Positions 22,505 to 32,562 of a DNA stretch of 64,000 bases are shown here, piece by piece. Location: assembly GCF_000527095.1 (NCBI RefSeq), contig NZ_AZUN01000001.1, positions 934,772 through 998,771 of the forward strand, in the 5' to 3' direction. The translations under genes and the position numbers were made by a program. Every line of letters begins with the position of its first letter. Within the stretch, counting starts at the first letter, position 1. Below the pieces are notes generated by a model. That model was not told the origin of the DNA. It did no database searches and was given only the letters and a program-made list of their open reading frames with translations. Source of the DNA: Methylomicrobium lacus LW14. Lineage in GTDB: Bacteria; Pseudomonadota; Gammaproteobacteria; Methylococcales; Methylomonadaceae.

Positions 22505-24748
22505 ATGCTGCATGTAAAACCCGCTTGGAAAAACTGGCAACTGCTCACAGAAAAGGGCCGGCACATTTGGGCATTCAAGTCCGGTTCGAACCCTATCGAT
22601 ACGCATCTACAAAATGCCGATGCCATCTCGGATGAAGAAATAGCACAATTTGCCGAAGATTTTCAGTTCGACAAATTCAATAACCCAAATTCTGCCGATA
22701 AGGTCTACCGGCACGCAGCGATTAACGCGAAGTTCCAGGAGTTTACCGGACAAATCCCGCAAGCAGAAAACCCCGAAGAGCAAACAGTCATCGAGGCGCT
22801 GATCAAGGGCATCAATTACTTTTCCACGCTTCAAAGTGAGGATGGTCATTGGCCGGGTGATTACGGCGGCCCGTTATTTCTGTTGCCAGGCCTGCTGATC
22901 GCTTCCTATCTTGCCGAGACGCCGTTTCCCAAAGCGCACCGGGAAATGATGAAGCTGTATTTATTCAATCATCAAAATAAGGATGCCGGCTGGGGCATGC
23001 ATATTGAAGGCGAATCGACCATGTTCGGTACCGTGATGCAATATGTGTCATTGCGCCTTCTGGGAGTGGATAAAAATCATCAGCAACTGGTCGAAGCCAG
23101 AAATTGGATCAAAAGTCATGGCGGCGCAACCGGCATTCCTTCTTGGGGGAAGTTTTATCTGGCTGTTTTGAATCTGTATGACTGGCAAGGTTTTAACAGC
23201 CTGTTTCCGGAAATGTGGTTATTTCCGAAGTGGCTGCCGGTGCATCCCTGGCGCTATTGGTGCCACACGCGCATGGTTTACCTGCCGATGGCCTATTGCT
23301 ATGCGCAGCGGATTAAGGCGCCCGAAAATGAACTGATTTTGTCGTTAAGAGAGGAAATTTATAACGAAGATTTCGCCGCTATTGATTGGCCGAAGCAGCG
23401 CAATGCGGTGTGCGAAAAAGATTGCTATACCACGCCGTCTCCGGTGCTGAAGTGGATGAACTTTTTTACCAATAACTATGAGAAATTCAAATGCTCTTGG
23501 TTGAGAAAAAAGTCTATAGACTATATTTTAAAGTATCTCCATGCGGAAGATCAGCAAACCCACTACATCAACATAGGCCCCGTCAATCAAGCGATTAATT
23601 CGATTTGTATGTGGCATGCTTGCGGCAAGGATTCCGAGCCATTTAAACGGCATGTGGCGCGCTGGTATGATTATTTATGGGTTGCCGAAGACGGCATGAA
23701 AATGAGTGGCTACAACGGTTCGCAGCTTTGGGATACCGCTTTTGCAACCCGCGCTATGCTGGAGAGTGACCTCGGCAAATTGTTTCCGGCGACGATTGCA
23801 AAAAGTTATCGCTTTATCGAACTCTCGCAAATCCAAAGCGAGCACTCGACGCATGCCGAGTTTTTCCGGCATCCGATGATCGGCAGTTGGCCCTTTTCAA
23901 CCGCCGAAAACGGCTGGCCGGTTGCGGATTGCACGGCGGAAGGCTTAAGCGCCGCGTTAGCCGTTCATCATTCTGGCCTGATCAGACCGACGATCGATGC
24001 GACGCGTATTAAAAAGGCCGTTGATGTTATACTCTCTTACCAGAACGATGATGGCGGCTGGGCAACCTATGAATTGACGCGCGCGCCCAAGTGGCTGGAA
24101 AAGCTCAATCCTTCTGAAGTGTTTGCCGACATCATGATCGATTATTCCTGGACCGAATGTACGGCGGCCTGTGTGATTTCGTTACTCGAAATTCAGGAAA
24201 CTGATCCCGCTTATAGAAGCAACGAAATTCGCCAAGCGATCAGCGCAGGACTCAATTTTATCCTTAAACAACAAAAGCCCGACGGTTCTTGGTATGGCGG
24301 CTGGGCGGTGTGTTTTACCTATGCGACTTGGTTCGGCGTGGAAGCGCTCAGCAAGGCCAAGGGTAAGGGATACTATGACGATGCGGCCTTAGCGGCCAGC
24401 ATCAGCAAAGCCTGCGCCTTTTTAGTCGGTAAACAAAAAGCGGATGGCGGCTGGGGAGAAACGTTTAAATCCTGTTCAACCTTGGTTTACACCGAGGCCG
24501 AGACATCTCAAGTGGTTAATACCGCATGGGCGTTGCTGGCGCTGATGGCCGCTGAGTTTGGCGAAAAGGAAGTGATCGAAGCAGGCATCCAGGTATTGTT
24601 GAGTAGACAAAGCCGCATCGGCGATTGGCCGCAGGAAAGCATTTCCGGCGTTTTTAACTATAACTGCATGATCACCTATGCCAATTACAGGAATGCTTTT
24701 CCTATCTGGGCGTTGAACCGATACTACAGACGGACTATTCAGGGATGA
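22505..24748 (+). CDS. Oxidosqualene cyclase (lanosterol/cycloartenol synthase-type triterpene cyclase)
   Basis: QW repeats and the catalytic VADCTAEG (the DCTAE motif of oxidosqualene cyclases, not the DxDDTA motif of squalene-hopene cyclases). 747 aa. Confidence 0.85.
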   Translation: MLHVKPAWKNWQLLTEKGRHIWAFKSGSNPIDTHLQNADAISDEEIAQFAEDFQFDKFNNPNSADKVYRHAAINAKFQEFTGQIPQAENPEEQTVIEALIKGINYFSTLQSEDGHWPGDYGGPLFLLPGLLIASYLAETPFPKAHREMMKLYLFNHQNKDAGWGMHIEGESTMFGTVMQYVSLRLLGVDKNHQQLVEARNWIKSHGGATGIPSWGKFYLAVLNLYDWQGFNSLFPEMWLFPKWLPVHPWRYWCHTRMVYLPMAYCYAQRIKAPENELILSLREEIYNEDFAAIDWPKQRNAVCEKDCYTTPSPVLKWMNFFTNNYEKFKCSWLRKKSIDYILKYLHAEDQQTHYINIGPVNQAINSICMWHACGKDSEPFKRHVARWYDYLWVAEDGMKMSGYNGSQLWDTAFATRAMLESDLGKLFPATIAKSYRFIELSQIQSEHSTHAEFFRHPMIGSWPFSTAENGWPVADCTAEGLSAALAVHHSGLIRPTIDATRIKKAVDVILSYQNDDGGWATYELTRAPKWLEKLNPSEVFADIMIDYSWTECTAACVISLLEIQETDPAYRSNEIRQAISAGLNFILKQQKPDGSWYGGWAVCFTYATWFGVEALSKAKGKGYYDDAALAASISKACAFLVGKQKADGGWGETFKSCSTLVYTEAETSQVVNTAWALLALMAAEFGEKEVIEAGIQVLLSRQSRIGDWPQESISGVFNYNCMITYANYRNAFPIWALNRYYRRTIQG

Positions 24749-26109
24749 CCAATGAAGCAGCGCAGTTTAAAGCACTCGTATCCAGGGGGCTTAGTATGAA
24801 ACCAGAGTTTGACATCTGCATTATCGGCGCCGGCATGGCGGGTGCCACCATTGCCGCTTATCTCGCACCCAAAGGCATCAAGATCGCGTTAATCGATCAG
24901 TGCTTTAAGGAAAAAAAGCGCATCGTCGGTGAATTGCTGCAACCCGGAGCGGTGCAGTCGCTTATGCAAATGGGGCTCGGGCAGTGTCTGGAGGGTTTTG
25001 ATGCGCAGCCGGTTGAAGGTTATTCGCTGCTGAAAGGTGATGAAAAAATAACCGTTCCCTATCCGGATCACTTTAAAGGGACGGGTTTGCATAATGGCCG
25101 GTTGTTGCAGCGGATTAGAGCCTCGGCTCTGCAAAATGCATCGGTTAAACAAATAGACGGCAAGGCATTGCAACTGCTGGAAAATGAGCGGCAGGAAATA
25201 ATCGGCGTGAGTTATAGGGAGTCACTCACGTCCGAGATAAAGACCATTCATGCGCCCTTAACCATTACCAGCGACGGGTTCTTTTCAAATTTTAGAGAGC
25301 ATCTCAGCAATAATGAAAAAACCGTGACGTCTTACTTTATCGGGTTGATTTTAAAAGATTGTGAAATGCCTTTTCCGAAGCATGGCCATGTGTTTTTATC
25401 GGGACCGACGCCGTTCATTTGCTATCCCATTTCGAGCTTTGAAGTCAGGATTTTAATCGATTTTCCGGGTGGACAACTCCCCAGAAAATCGCTTCTGCAA
25501 GCGCATTTGGATGCGAACGTTACGCCTTATATTCCCGAAGGGATGCGCAGCAGCTATGAGCAGGCCTTGCAGGAAGAGGGATTTAAAGTCATGCCCAATC
25601 ATTATATGGCGGCTAAACCGATCATCAGGAAAGGCGCGGTGATGTTGGGCGATGCGCTGAATATGCGCCACCCGTTAACCGGCGGCGGATTGACTGCGGT
25701 ATTCTCGGATATACAGATATTGAGCGCCTATTTATTAGCGATGCCTGATTTCAATAATACCGATTTGATTCATCAAAAAATCGAAGCTTATTACAGGGAC
25801 AGGAAGAAGGCCAATGCTAATCTTAATATTCTTGCGAACGCGCTATATGGGGTGATGTCGAATGACTTGCTTAAAACGGCTGTTTTCAAATACCTTCAGC
25901 GCGGCGGCGCCAACGCGCAGGAATCGATTGCTATCCTGGCCGGCTTAAACAAACATCATTTCTCTTTGATTAAACAGTTCTTTTCGGTGGCGGTGTTCGG
26001 CGCCTACGACGTGGTGCGAGAAAGTAGTGCGAACCTTCCCAAGGCCATAAAAATCCTCTCGGATGCGTTCACCATCATCAAGCCCTTGGCTAAAAATGAG
26101 CTTTGGTAG
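24745..26109 (+). CDS. Squalene monooxygenase (squalene epoxidase), FAD-dependent
   Basis: FAD-binding DICIIGAGMAGA, a squalene epoxidase-like core, and a GD motif. An ATGA overlap with the cyclase stop suggests translational coupling. Confidence 0.8.
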   Translation: MTNEAAQFKALVSRGLSMKPEFDICIIGAGMAGATIAAYLAPKGIKIALIDQCFKEKKRIVGELLQPGAVQSLMQMGLGQCLEGFDAQPVEGYSLLKGDEKITVPYPDHFKGTGLHNGRLLQRIRASALQNASVKQIDGKALQLLENERQEIIGVSYRESLTSEIKTIHAPLTITSDGFFSNFREHLSNNEKTVTSYFIGLILKDCEMPFPKHGHVFLSGPTPFICYPISSFEVRILIDFPGGQLPRKSLLQAHLDANVTPYIPEGMRSSYEQALQEEGFKVMPNHYMAAKPIIRKGAVMLGDALNMRHPLTGGGLTAVFSDIQILSAYLLAMPDFNNTDLIHQKIEAYYRDRKKANANLNILANALYGVMSNDLLKTAVFKYLQRGGANAQESIAILAGLNKHHFSLIKQFFSVAVFGAYDVVRESSANLPKAIKILSDAFTIIKPLAKNELW

Positions 26110-26126
26110 CTGACAACGCCGGTTAT

Positions 26127-26774
26127 TCAAGTTTGATAGTCATTTCGCCCCGGCGCTTTTGACATAATTCCCGCGCGTTCGGCCAGGCGTACCAGATCGG
26201 CCAATGAACGGGCCTTGAGTTTCGTCATTAGATGAGCGCGGTGGACCTTGATCGTTTTTTCGACCGTACCGAGGTCGGCGGCGATTTGCTTGTTGAGCTT
26301 GCCGGCAACAACGTGTTCCATGACTTCCCGCTCGCGCGGAGTCAGCGTCGCGAGTTTCTGATGGATTTCACCCCATTCGGCGCGAGCCTGCTGGCTCATA
26401 AGGTCCTTTTCGAAGGCGGCATGGATGGCGGCGGCCAAGTCTTGGCCGTTCACGGGTTTGGTCAGGAAATCGACGGCGCCCTGTTTCATCGCCTGGACAC
26501 TCACCGGAATATCGCCGCGCCCGGTCAGAAAAATGACCGGTAATTCGATGCCTCGAGCGGCAAGTTCCTTTTGCAACTCGAGTCCATTGAGATCGGGCAT
26601 CGAAAAATCAAGCACCAGACAGCCGTGGGTTCCCGGTTCGTATTGTTCAAGAAACTGATACGGCGTACCGAATGTCATCACTTTCAATTCCATCGCGCGC
26701 AGTAGCAGCGCCAGAGCTTTCAATACGGAAGGGTCGTCGTCGACCATAAACACGATCGGAGCGGGCTCGTTCAT
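26127..26774 (-). CDS. Response regulator, FixJ/NarL (LuxR-type HTH) family
   Basis: A REC domain (VDDDPSVL...DFSMPDLNG) plus a LuxR HTH (LTPREREVMEHVVAGKLNKQIA). Its start overlaps the kinase stop. Confidence 0.85.
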   Translation of the reverse strand: MNEPAPIVFMVDDDPSVLKALALLLRAMELKVMTFGTPYQFLEQYEPGTHGCLVLDFSMPDLNGLELQKELAARGIELPVIFLTGRGDIPVSVQAMKQGAVDFLTKPVNGQDLAAAIHAAFEKDLMSQQARAEWGEIHQKLATLTPREREVMEHVVAGKLNKQIAADLGTVEKTIKVHRAHLMTKLKARSLADLVRLAERAGIMSKAPGRNDYQT

Positions 26775-28630
26775 GCGTTCTCTCCAGAATATAAAGGCAG
26801 CGTCAGATGAAAGACCGCGCCTCTGTCGTTTTTGTTGGTGGCCCAGAGTTGCCCGCCGTGGGCGGTGATGATGGTCCGGCAAATAGGAAGTCCCAAGCCC
26901 ATGCCATGCAATTTGGTCGTGAAGAACGGTTCAAAGATATTTTCCAAATTTTCAGTGGGAATTCCCGGACCTTGATCGACGACGGATACCTGGGCGCTAT
27001 TATTGCAGGTTAATTGGGTGCGGACAAATAGTCGGCGTTGGCCTGCTACTGTGTACGACATCGCTTCACAGGCATTCATGATCAGGTTTAGCAACACTTG
27101 CTGGAGCTGCACGCGATCGCCTATGACGGCAGTAAGTTGCTGATCGAGGTCAACGCTCACTGCAATATTGTTATTCACCAAATCGCTGTGTAGGAGTTTC
27201 AGGACATCGCGTACTACCTTATTCAGATCGACCGGCAGGTGTTCTATCTCGCACCTCTTGAGCAGTAGGCGCAAGCGGTGGATGATATCGCCGGCGCGCC
27301 TGTTCTCGGCGACTATGTCGTTCAAAATGTCACGAACCTCGGCAAGATCAACGACGTCGCGAGAGAGGAAACGCTGGACGGCCTGGGCATTGCTGAGAAT
27401 GGCCGTTAGCGGCTGGTTCAATTCATGCGCCAGCGAACCGGATAGCTCGCCTAGCAGGGTCACTCGCGAAAGGTGCGTTAGCTCATTGCGTTGCTGTTGC
27501 ACCTCCAGTTCCGCGTGTTTGCGCCGGGTAATATCGATCGAAACACCGAGCATTCGCAGCGGTTGATTATCATCGCTGAATTCGATGCGGCCGCGGGAGT
27601 GAAACCAGTGAATCTGGCCATCCGGCATCTTAAGGCGGTATTCGCTCTCAAAATTGCCGTTCCCCATCATTGATTTTTCCACTGCCAACCTGACTTGCTC
27701 GCGATCCTCGTCATAAATGATGCTCAATAAGCTGCCGAAACTGATTTTCTGTGGCTCGGAGATGCCGTACAAGGTAAGCGTTTTATCCGTGCTCCAAATG
27801 TGATCATGCACGATGTCCCACTCCCACAGCCTCAGTTCCGCGGCGCTCGCCGCCAGTCTCATGCGTTGTTTGCTAATGCGCAATTCGGCTTCTCTGGCCT
27901 GCAACCGTTGAGAGAGTTGTGCCGAGTGCAACATATCGCAGCTCAGCTCATAAGACATGGCGAGAAGAATCGGCATGAAGGAAAGGCCGCCTATATAGGG
28001 CGAGTCGATAATTCCGGCGTTCACCAGCGCGGTATGGCCGACCGCTGTGAGCAGGAAAATGGTGATGCTGGCGCTGAAAATGACGGCGCGGCGGTGGCCC
28101 GTGTCCGTCCCTCCGCGCCACATGGTGAATGCCGCATCCACCACAAAAGCCGCGAGAACCAGGGCGCTGAGCGGGCCGACGAAATACCAGGGATTGAGCA
28201 AGCCCAGAGGGAGGGAGACCGTTTCATCGCCCCAAACCGTGATCTGTTTGAGGCCGGTGATTTCGTCGAAAAACAGGTTCTGTCCGGTGGTTAAACTCAG
28301 GGTTAGCGCCAGCACGCGCAGAACGACCACCGTCCAGGCCAGCCAGGCGCGGCCGGCATCGAAATAACAGCGTACGAAGCACACAATCGCCACCCAAAGC
28401 ACCAGAATGGGAAGATGGCTCCAGCGTAGAATGAACGCCATTTGTTCAATGGAAGTCGTGCGCATGGCCATCAATTCCATGCCGGTGATGACGGCGGCAG
28501 CGACGGCGGCGACAGCGAAAGAAAAATTCGCCCACGGCTTGATGCCCTTAGCCCATAAGAATAGGTGCAGCAGTGCAAAGGTCAGGGAAGTCGACGCCAG
28601 CATGGACCATAGCACTGTAATCCAGCTCAT
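26771..28630 (-). CDS. Membrane sensor histidine kinase (multi-TM N-terminal sensor, PAS, HisKA, HATPase)
   Basis: About seven transmembrane helices, a PAS domain (WEWDIVHD...), the H-box SLAHELNQPLTAI, and the HATPase G-boxes. Confidence 0.85.
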   Translation of the reverse strand: MSWITVLWSMLASTSLTFALLHLFLWAKGIKPWANFSFAVAAVAAAVITGMELMAMRTTSIEQMAFILRWSHLPILVLWVAIVCFVRCYFDAGRAWLAWTVVVLRVLALTLSLTTGQNLFFDEITGLKQITVWGDETVSLPLGLLNPWYFVGPLSALVLAAFVVDAAFTMWRGGTDTGHRRAVIFSASITIFLLTAVGHTALVNAGIIDSPYIGGLSFMPILLAMSYELSCDMLHSAQLSQRLQAREAELRISKQRMRLAASAAELRLWEWDIVHDHIWSTDKTLTLYGISEPQKISFGSLLSIIYDEDREQVRLAVEKSMMGNGNFESEYRLKMPDGQIHWFHSRGRIEFSDDNQPLRMLGVSIDITRRKHAELEVQQQRNELTHLSRVTLLGELSGSLAHELNQPLTAILSNAQAVQRFLSRDVVDLAEVRDILNDIVAENRRAGDIIHRLRLLLKRCEIEHLPVDLNKVVRDVLKLLHSDLVNNNIAVSVDLDQQLTAVIGDRVQLQQVLLNLIMNACEAMSYTVAGQRRLFVRTQLTCNNSAQVSVVDQGPGIPTENLENIFEPFFTTKLHGMGLGLPICRTIITAHGGQLWATNKNDRGAVFHLTLPLYSGENA

Positions 28631-29071
28631 CGAAAGACCGCCGAATTGAAGTTCATTCCGGTGACCGGATGCCTAAGCGAGGCAATTAGGAGCGGAAATG
28701 CCATCCAGATTATCCAATGGGTGAATGAACACATTTTTTGCAATGAAAGCATCATGCCGAAACACGGAGCCTGAGAAGGACGTGTTCTGTTGTGTCCATT
28801 GAACAATTAGTTCGACCAGGAACTTTGTGTTTCGATTCAAATAAACTAAGCCTAAAGTCCAATAGCCGCGAATTGTAATCGCAAGTAATATACCATGAAA
28901 AAAATGCGTAATTCAATTTTAATAAACCATGAGAGCATGAGTTAGTCGTGCTGCATGTTCAGTATAGACGTAGAGATTGAGAAATGGTTGAACCGATCTT
29001 TGTCATTTTTTTCAAGCTGGTAAGAACTGTTTTCCGGAGATCTTGCATCTCGATAAGCATCAATTAACACA

Positions 29072-30076
29072 ATGAATCGTATGGGGAAGTGGATCAAGAC
29101 GATATTGATGGGATTGACCCTGTTAGGAACCACCCTATGGGGAGCCTTTGCCGTCTATTTTGGCGATTCCGGCAACGGCATTGCCCAGACTGCCGTAGCA
29201 TTAGTGTTTTTATTGTGCGGGTTGGCGACGTTGATCTGTTTGGGATTTCCGCATTGGCGCCCGCGAGTATTACCGGCTTATGCGATTCTGTTCGGGTCCA
29301 TTCTGACGTGGTGGGTTTTGATTCGCCCTTCCAATGAACGCTTATGGCAACCGGATGTCGCCAAGTTGGCCTATGCCACTTTCAATGGCGACAAAATCAC
29401 GGTGCATAATATCCGCAATTTTGCCTACCGGAGCGAGTTTGATTATCAGCCTGCCTATTACACCAAAACTTATGACTTGAACAGGCTGGAGGGTATGGAC
29501 CTGATTGCGGTTTATTGGATGGGCCCCGCCATTGCGCATACGATTCTGAGTTTCTGTTTCGGCGGCAATGAACATCTGGCCGTTTCGATCGAAGCGCGTA
29601 AAGAGCAGAATGAAGGTTATTCGACGATCAAAGGTTTTTTCCGTCAGTTTGAATTGATCTACATCGTGGCCGATGAACGCGATGTGATACGCCTGCGTAC
29701 CAACTATCGTAAGGACCCTCCGGAGCAGGTTTATCTTTATCGATTACAGGGGCCGCTTGAAAACGCCAGGCGCCTGTTTCTGGAGTATATGAGAAAGATC
29801 AATGCGTTGAATGTCGAGCCGGAATTCTACAATACCTTGCTGGATAATTGCACCACGGTGATCTGGCTTAATACAAGGATCAATCCGGAACACCTGCCGT
29901 TTTCCTGGAAAATTCTGCTGAGCGGTTACCTGCCGGAATACCTGTACGAATTCCATAGGCTCGATTCACGCATTCCTTTTTCCGAATTACAGCAGCGGGC
30001 CCATATCAATAGCCGGGCTCAGGCTGCCGATCTGGCGTCTGATTTTTCAACGCGTATCCGTGTGCCTATAAGGTAA
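29072..30076 (+). CDS. DUF4105 (Lnb N-terminal domain) membrane protein
   Basis: Three N-terminal transmembrane helices and a conserved periplasmic domain (VHNIRNFAYRSEFDY...). Confidence 0.5.
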   Translation: MNRMGKWIKTILMGLTLLGTTLWGAFAVYFGDSGNGIAQTAVALVFLLCGLATLICLGFPHWRPRVLPAYAILFGSILTWWVLIRPSNERLWQPDVAKLAYATFNGDKITVHNIRNFAYRSEFDYQPAYYTKTYDLNRLEGMDLIAVYWMGPAIAHTILSFCFGGNEHLAVSIEARKEQNEGYSTIKGFFRQFELIYIVADERDVIRLRTNYRKDPPEQVYLYRLQGPLENARRLFLEYMRKINALNVEPEFYNTLLDNCTTVIWLNTRINPEHLPFSWKILLSGYLPEYLYEFHRLDSRIPFSELQQRAHINSRAQAADLASDFSTRIRVPIR

Positions 30077-30110
30077 TTCTCTTTTATAAAATACCGGGGA
30101 TAACTATATC

Positions 30111-31412
30111 ATGAATATTTTTACTCAATGCTGCACGATCAAAACCGGATGCTTACTGTCATCTCTGTCAATAGCCGTTTTATTATCAGGGTGCGCCGGC
30201 ATTGGTAAAGGCGTGACCGAAGCCATTCTGGAAAAAACCGAACAGGAAGATACCCGAGTGTGCCAGGTTTGGGGAAAACCTTTTGCCGGCATCGATGTGA
30301 ATCTGGTCAAGAGTAAAGGTAAAACCAAGATGCTGTTTGTGCATGGCGTCGGCGATCACATTCCAGGTTATACCACAGAATTCCTGGAGAAATTGGCCAA
30401 AGCGTTAAACTTGAGTGTGCGTTCGGAAAGCCAGAAAAATATTGAACTGGCTGCGCCTTTGGTTCCTGGCAAGAAGCTTGGCAATTTGCGTATCGCTCAT
30501 CTTTTGAACGAAGAAAACGGCAAAGAGCTGACGTTTTATGAGCTCACCTGGTCCGAAATTACCCGGCAAGAAAAAGCGTTGCTTGACTTCGATAATTCCG
30601 GAGAATATGACTTCCGGCGGGCCAGGGTCAACAGCATGCTGAAAAGGTTCAGCAATGATACCGGCCCAGATCCGATTATTTACTTGGGGCAAAGCAGAGA
30701 GGCGATTCTGGCGGCCTACGCGCAGTCATTTTGCTGGATGGCTAGCCGCGATTGGGAAGAGCTTCCCAGCAGCGGAGAACATGTTTGTTTGGGCCTGGAT
30801 GATTCCGCCATTGACCATATCGCGAATGATGATTATGTGGTGATCTCTCATAGCCTGGGCAGTCGTATCGTGATTGACGGCATGCAGCGCATTGCGCATC
30901 TTCTGGCCAATCAATCAAAATATGCCACGGCAACTATAAAAGTGGCGGCCACGGAAAAATCCATGGCGGCGCTCCAGAACAAGCGCATTCCCATTTTCAT
31001 GTTGTCCAACCAGCTGCCGATGCTGCAAATGGGCCGGGAGCTTCCGGAAGTGGCTGGACAGCAAGCCAGTTATTGTGATCCTAAAGGCACTAATTATCAC
31101 AAGCGTATGGTCAGCGAAACGTCGCTCATCGCCTTCAGCGATCCCAATGACCTGTTAAGTTACGGCATACCTCCCGGCTATAGCGACAAATATCTGGATT
31201 CGAGATTATGCGCCAGTATCACCAATGTGAATATCAATGTCGCCAAAGTGATGGATGCCTTTGGCCTCACCGATGTCGCCAATCCCCTGGAAGCGCATGT
31301 GGGCTACGGTCAGGATGATCGGGTGATTGCGCTGATTGCCCATGGCATTGGCAATCAGCAAACATCACCGCTGATTAAGCAGCGCTGTGAATTTACCAAA
31401 ACGGTTAAATGA
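30111..31412 (+). CDS. Lipoprotein, alpha/beta-hydrolase-like
   Basis: A lipobox (LLSGCAG), a VHGVGDH oxyanion-like segment, and the nucleophile elbow ISHSLGS. Confidence 0.5.
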   Translation: MNIFTQCCTIKTGCLLSSLSIAVLLSGCAGIGKGVTEAILEKTEQEDTRVCQVWGKPFAGIDVNLVKSKGKTKMLFVHGVGDHIPGYTTEFLEKLAKALNLSVRSESQKNIELAAPLVPGKKLGNLRIAHLLNEENGKELTFYELTWSEITRQEKALLDFDNSGEYDFRRARVNSMLKRFSNDTGPDPIIYLGQSREAILAAYAQSFCWMASRDWEELPSSGEHVCLGLDDSAIDHIANDDYVVISHSLGSRIVIDGMQRIAHLLANQSKYATATIKVAATEKSMAALQNKRIPIFMLSNQLPMLQMGRELPEVAGQQASYCDPKGTNYHKRMVSETSLIAFSDPNDLLSYGIPPGYSDKYLDSRLCASITNVNINVAKVMDAFGLTDVANPLEAHVGYGQDDRVIALIAHGIGNQQTSPLIKQRCEFTKTVK

Positions 31413-31502
31413 ACGACTGAAACCGGCGGGGTGCGAGGCAAGGCTGCGGTGCAGCCTCGCCGATGCGAGACGGCTGTTCAACGCTGACGAATGCCATTTT
31501 TG

Positions 31503-32498
31503 TTAAAATGCATCCAGAATCGCCTGCTTTTTTGCCGCATAGTCTTCAGCCGAGATTAATTCGGCGTCGAGCATATTTTTCAGTTGCGCGAGCTTTTCGA
31601 CGGGGCCGGCGGCTGCATTGTTGCTGTTCATCGCCTGCGCGATGTTTTGGCCGAAGCTGATGCCGGCGCCCAGTCCCATGCCCATTCCCGCGCCGCCGCC
31701 TTCGTTCCTTGCCGCTTCGCGCAGCGCTTCGAGCTGCTGAATCTTCGCATAATCCAGTCCGACTTCCTTGGCGGCTTGCGCCTCGGCGGTCATGTCGGCG
31801 ATCCGGTTGATGCGTCTTGAGGTATCCTCATCGAAATCGGTGCCTTCTATCCGAAAATCGGTGATTTGGAAACCGAGTTCGGCGAACAGAGTAGTCAATT
31901 TTTCGCGGACTCCAGCCGCGATTTCTTCCCGGTTCGCGTCGATATCAACATAGCCGAAGCGGCTGGTCGCCAAAAAATCGCCCAGCGGTTGGCCGAGCCG
32001 CGCGCCGATCACCTGTCTCAAGTCGTCAATCAAAAAACTGTTTTGGCTGCCGACCACATTCACAAAAAAGTTGCCGGGCTCGTGGATCCGGTAACTATAA
32101 TTACCGAACGCTTTCAGGCCGACCGGAAATTTATAGAGCGGGTCCAGGTATTTGATGACCGATGTGGTCCCCCATTTTTGGTCGAGGATCACGGTCTTTC
32201 GGAAAAAATAGATCCCGACCTTATGCTCGCTCTCGAAAAACTGCATGAATTTGCTGATCGTGGTCCAAAACGGGATGTTGTCGGTTTTCAGATCGACCAG
32301 GCCTTCGTCTTCGTAAACGGCCTGCACCTTGCCTTGATAGACGAAGATGCAGCCCTGCCCGGGACCTACGATCAGCTTGGAGGCATTTTTGATTTCGTCG
32401 CCGTTATCGGTCCATTGCTCGAACAGCGCATTTGGACTAGGATTTTCCCATTCGATGACCGAACGCAGTTGGCGTTTTAAACCGTCAAAAAGTGCCAT
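31503..32498 (-). CDS. SPFH/band-7 domain protein with Gly/Met-rich linker and SHOCT-like C-terminus
   Basis: An SPFH core followed by a C-terminal LAQLKNMLDAELISAEDYAAKKQAIL, which is a SHOCT-like motif. Confidence 0.65.
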   Translation of the reverse strand: MALFDGLKRQLRSVIEWENPSPNALFEQWTDNGDEIKNASKLIVGPGQGCIFVYQGKVQAVYEDEGLVDLKTDNIPFWTTISKFMQFFESEHKVGIYFFRKTVILDQKWGTTSVIKYLDPLYKFPVGLKAFGNYSYRIHEPGNFFVNVVGSQNSFLIDDLRQVIGARLGQPLGDFLATSRFGYVDIDANREEIAAGVREKLTTLFAELGFQITDFRIEGTDFDEDTSRRINRIADMTAEAQAAKEVGLDYAKIQQLEALREAARNEGGGAGMGMGLGAGISFGQNIAQAMNSNNAAAGPVEKLAQLKNMLDAELISAEDYAAKKQAILDAF

Positions 32499-32562
32499 GG
32501 TGTTGCTCCGTGTTGCTGGGATGAGGGATTGTAATGATTATATATGATGGCTGGACCGGCTT

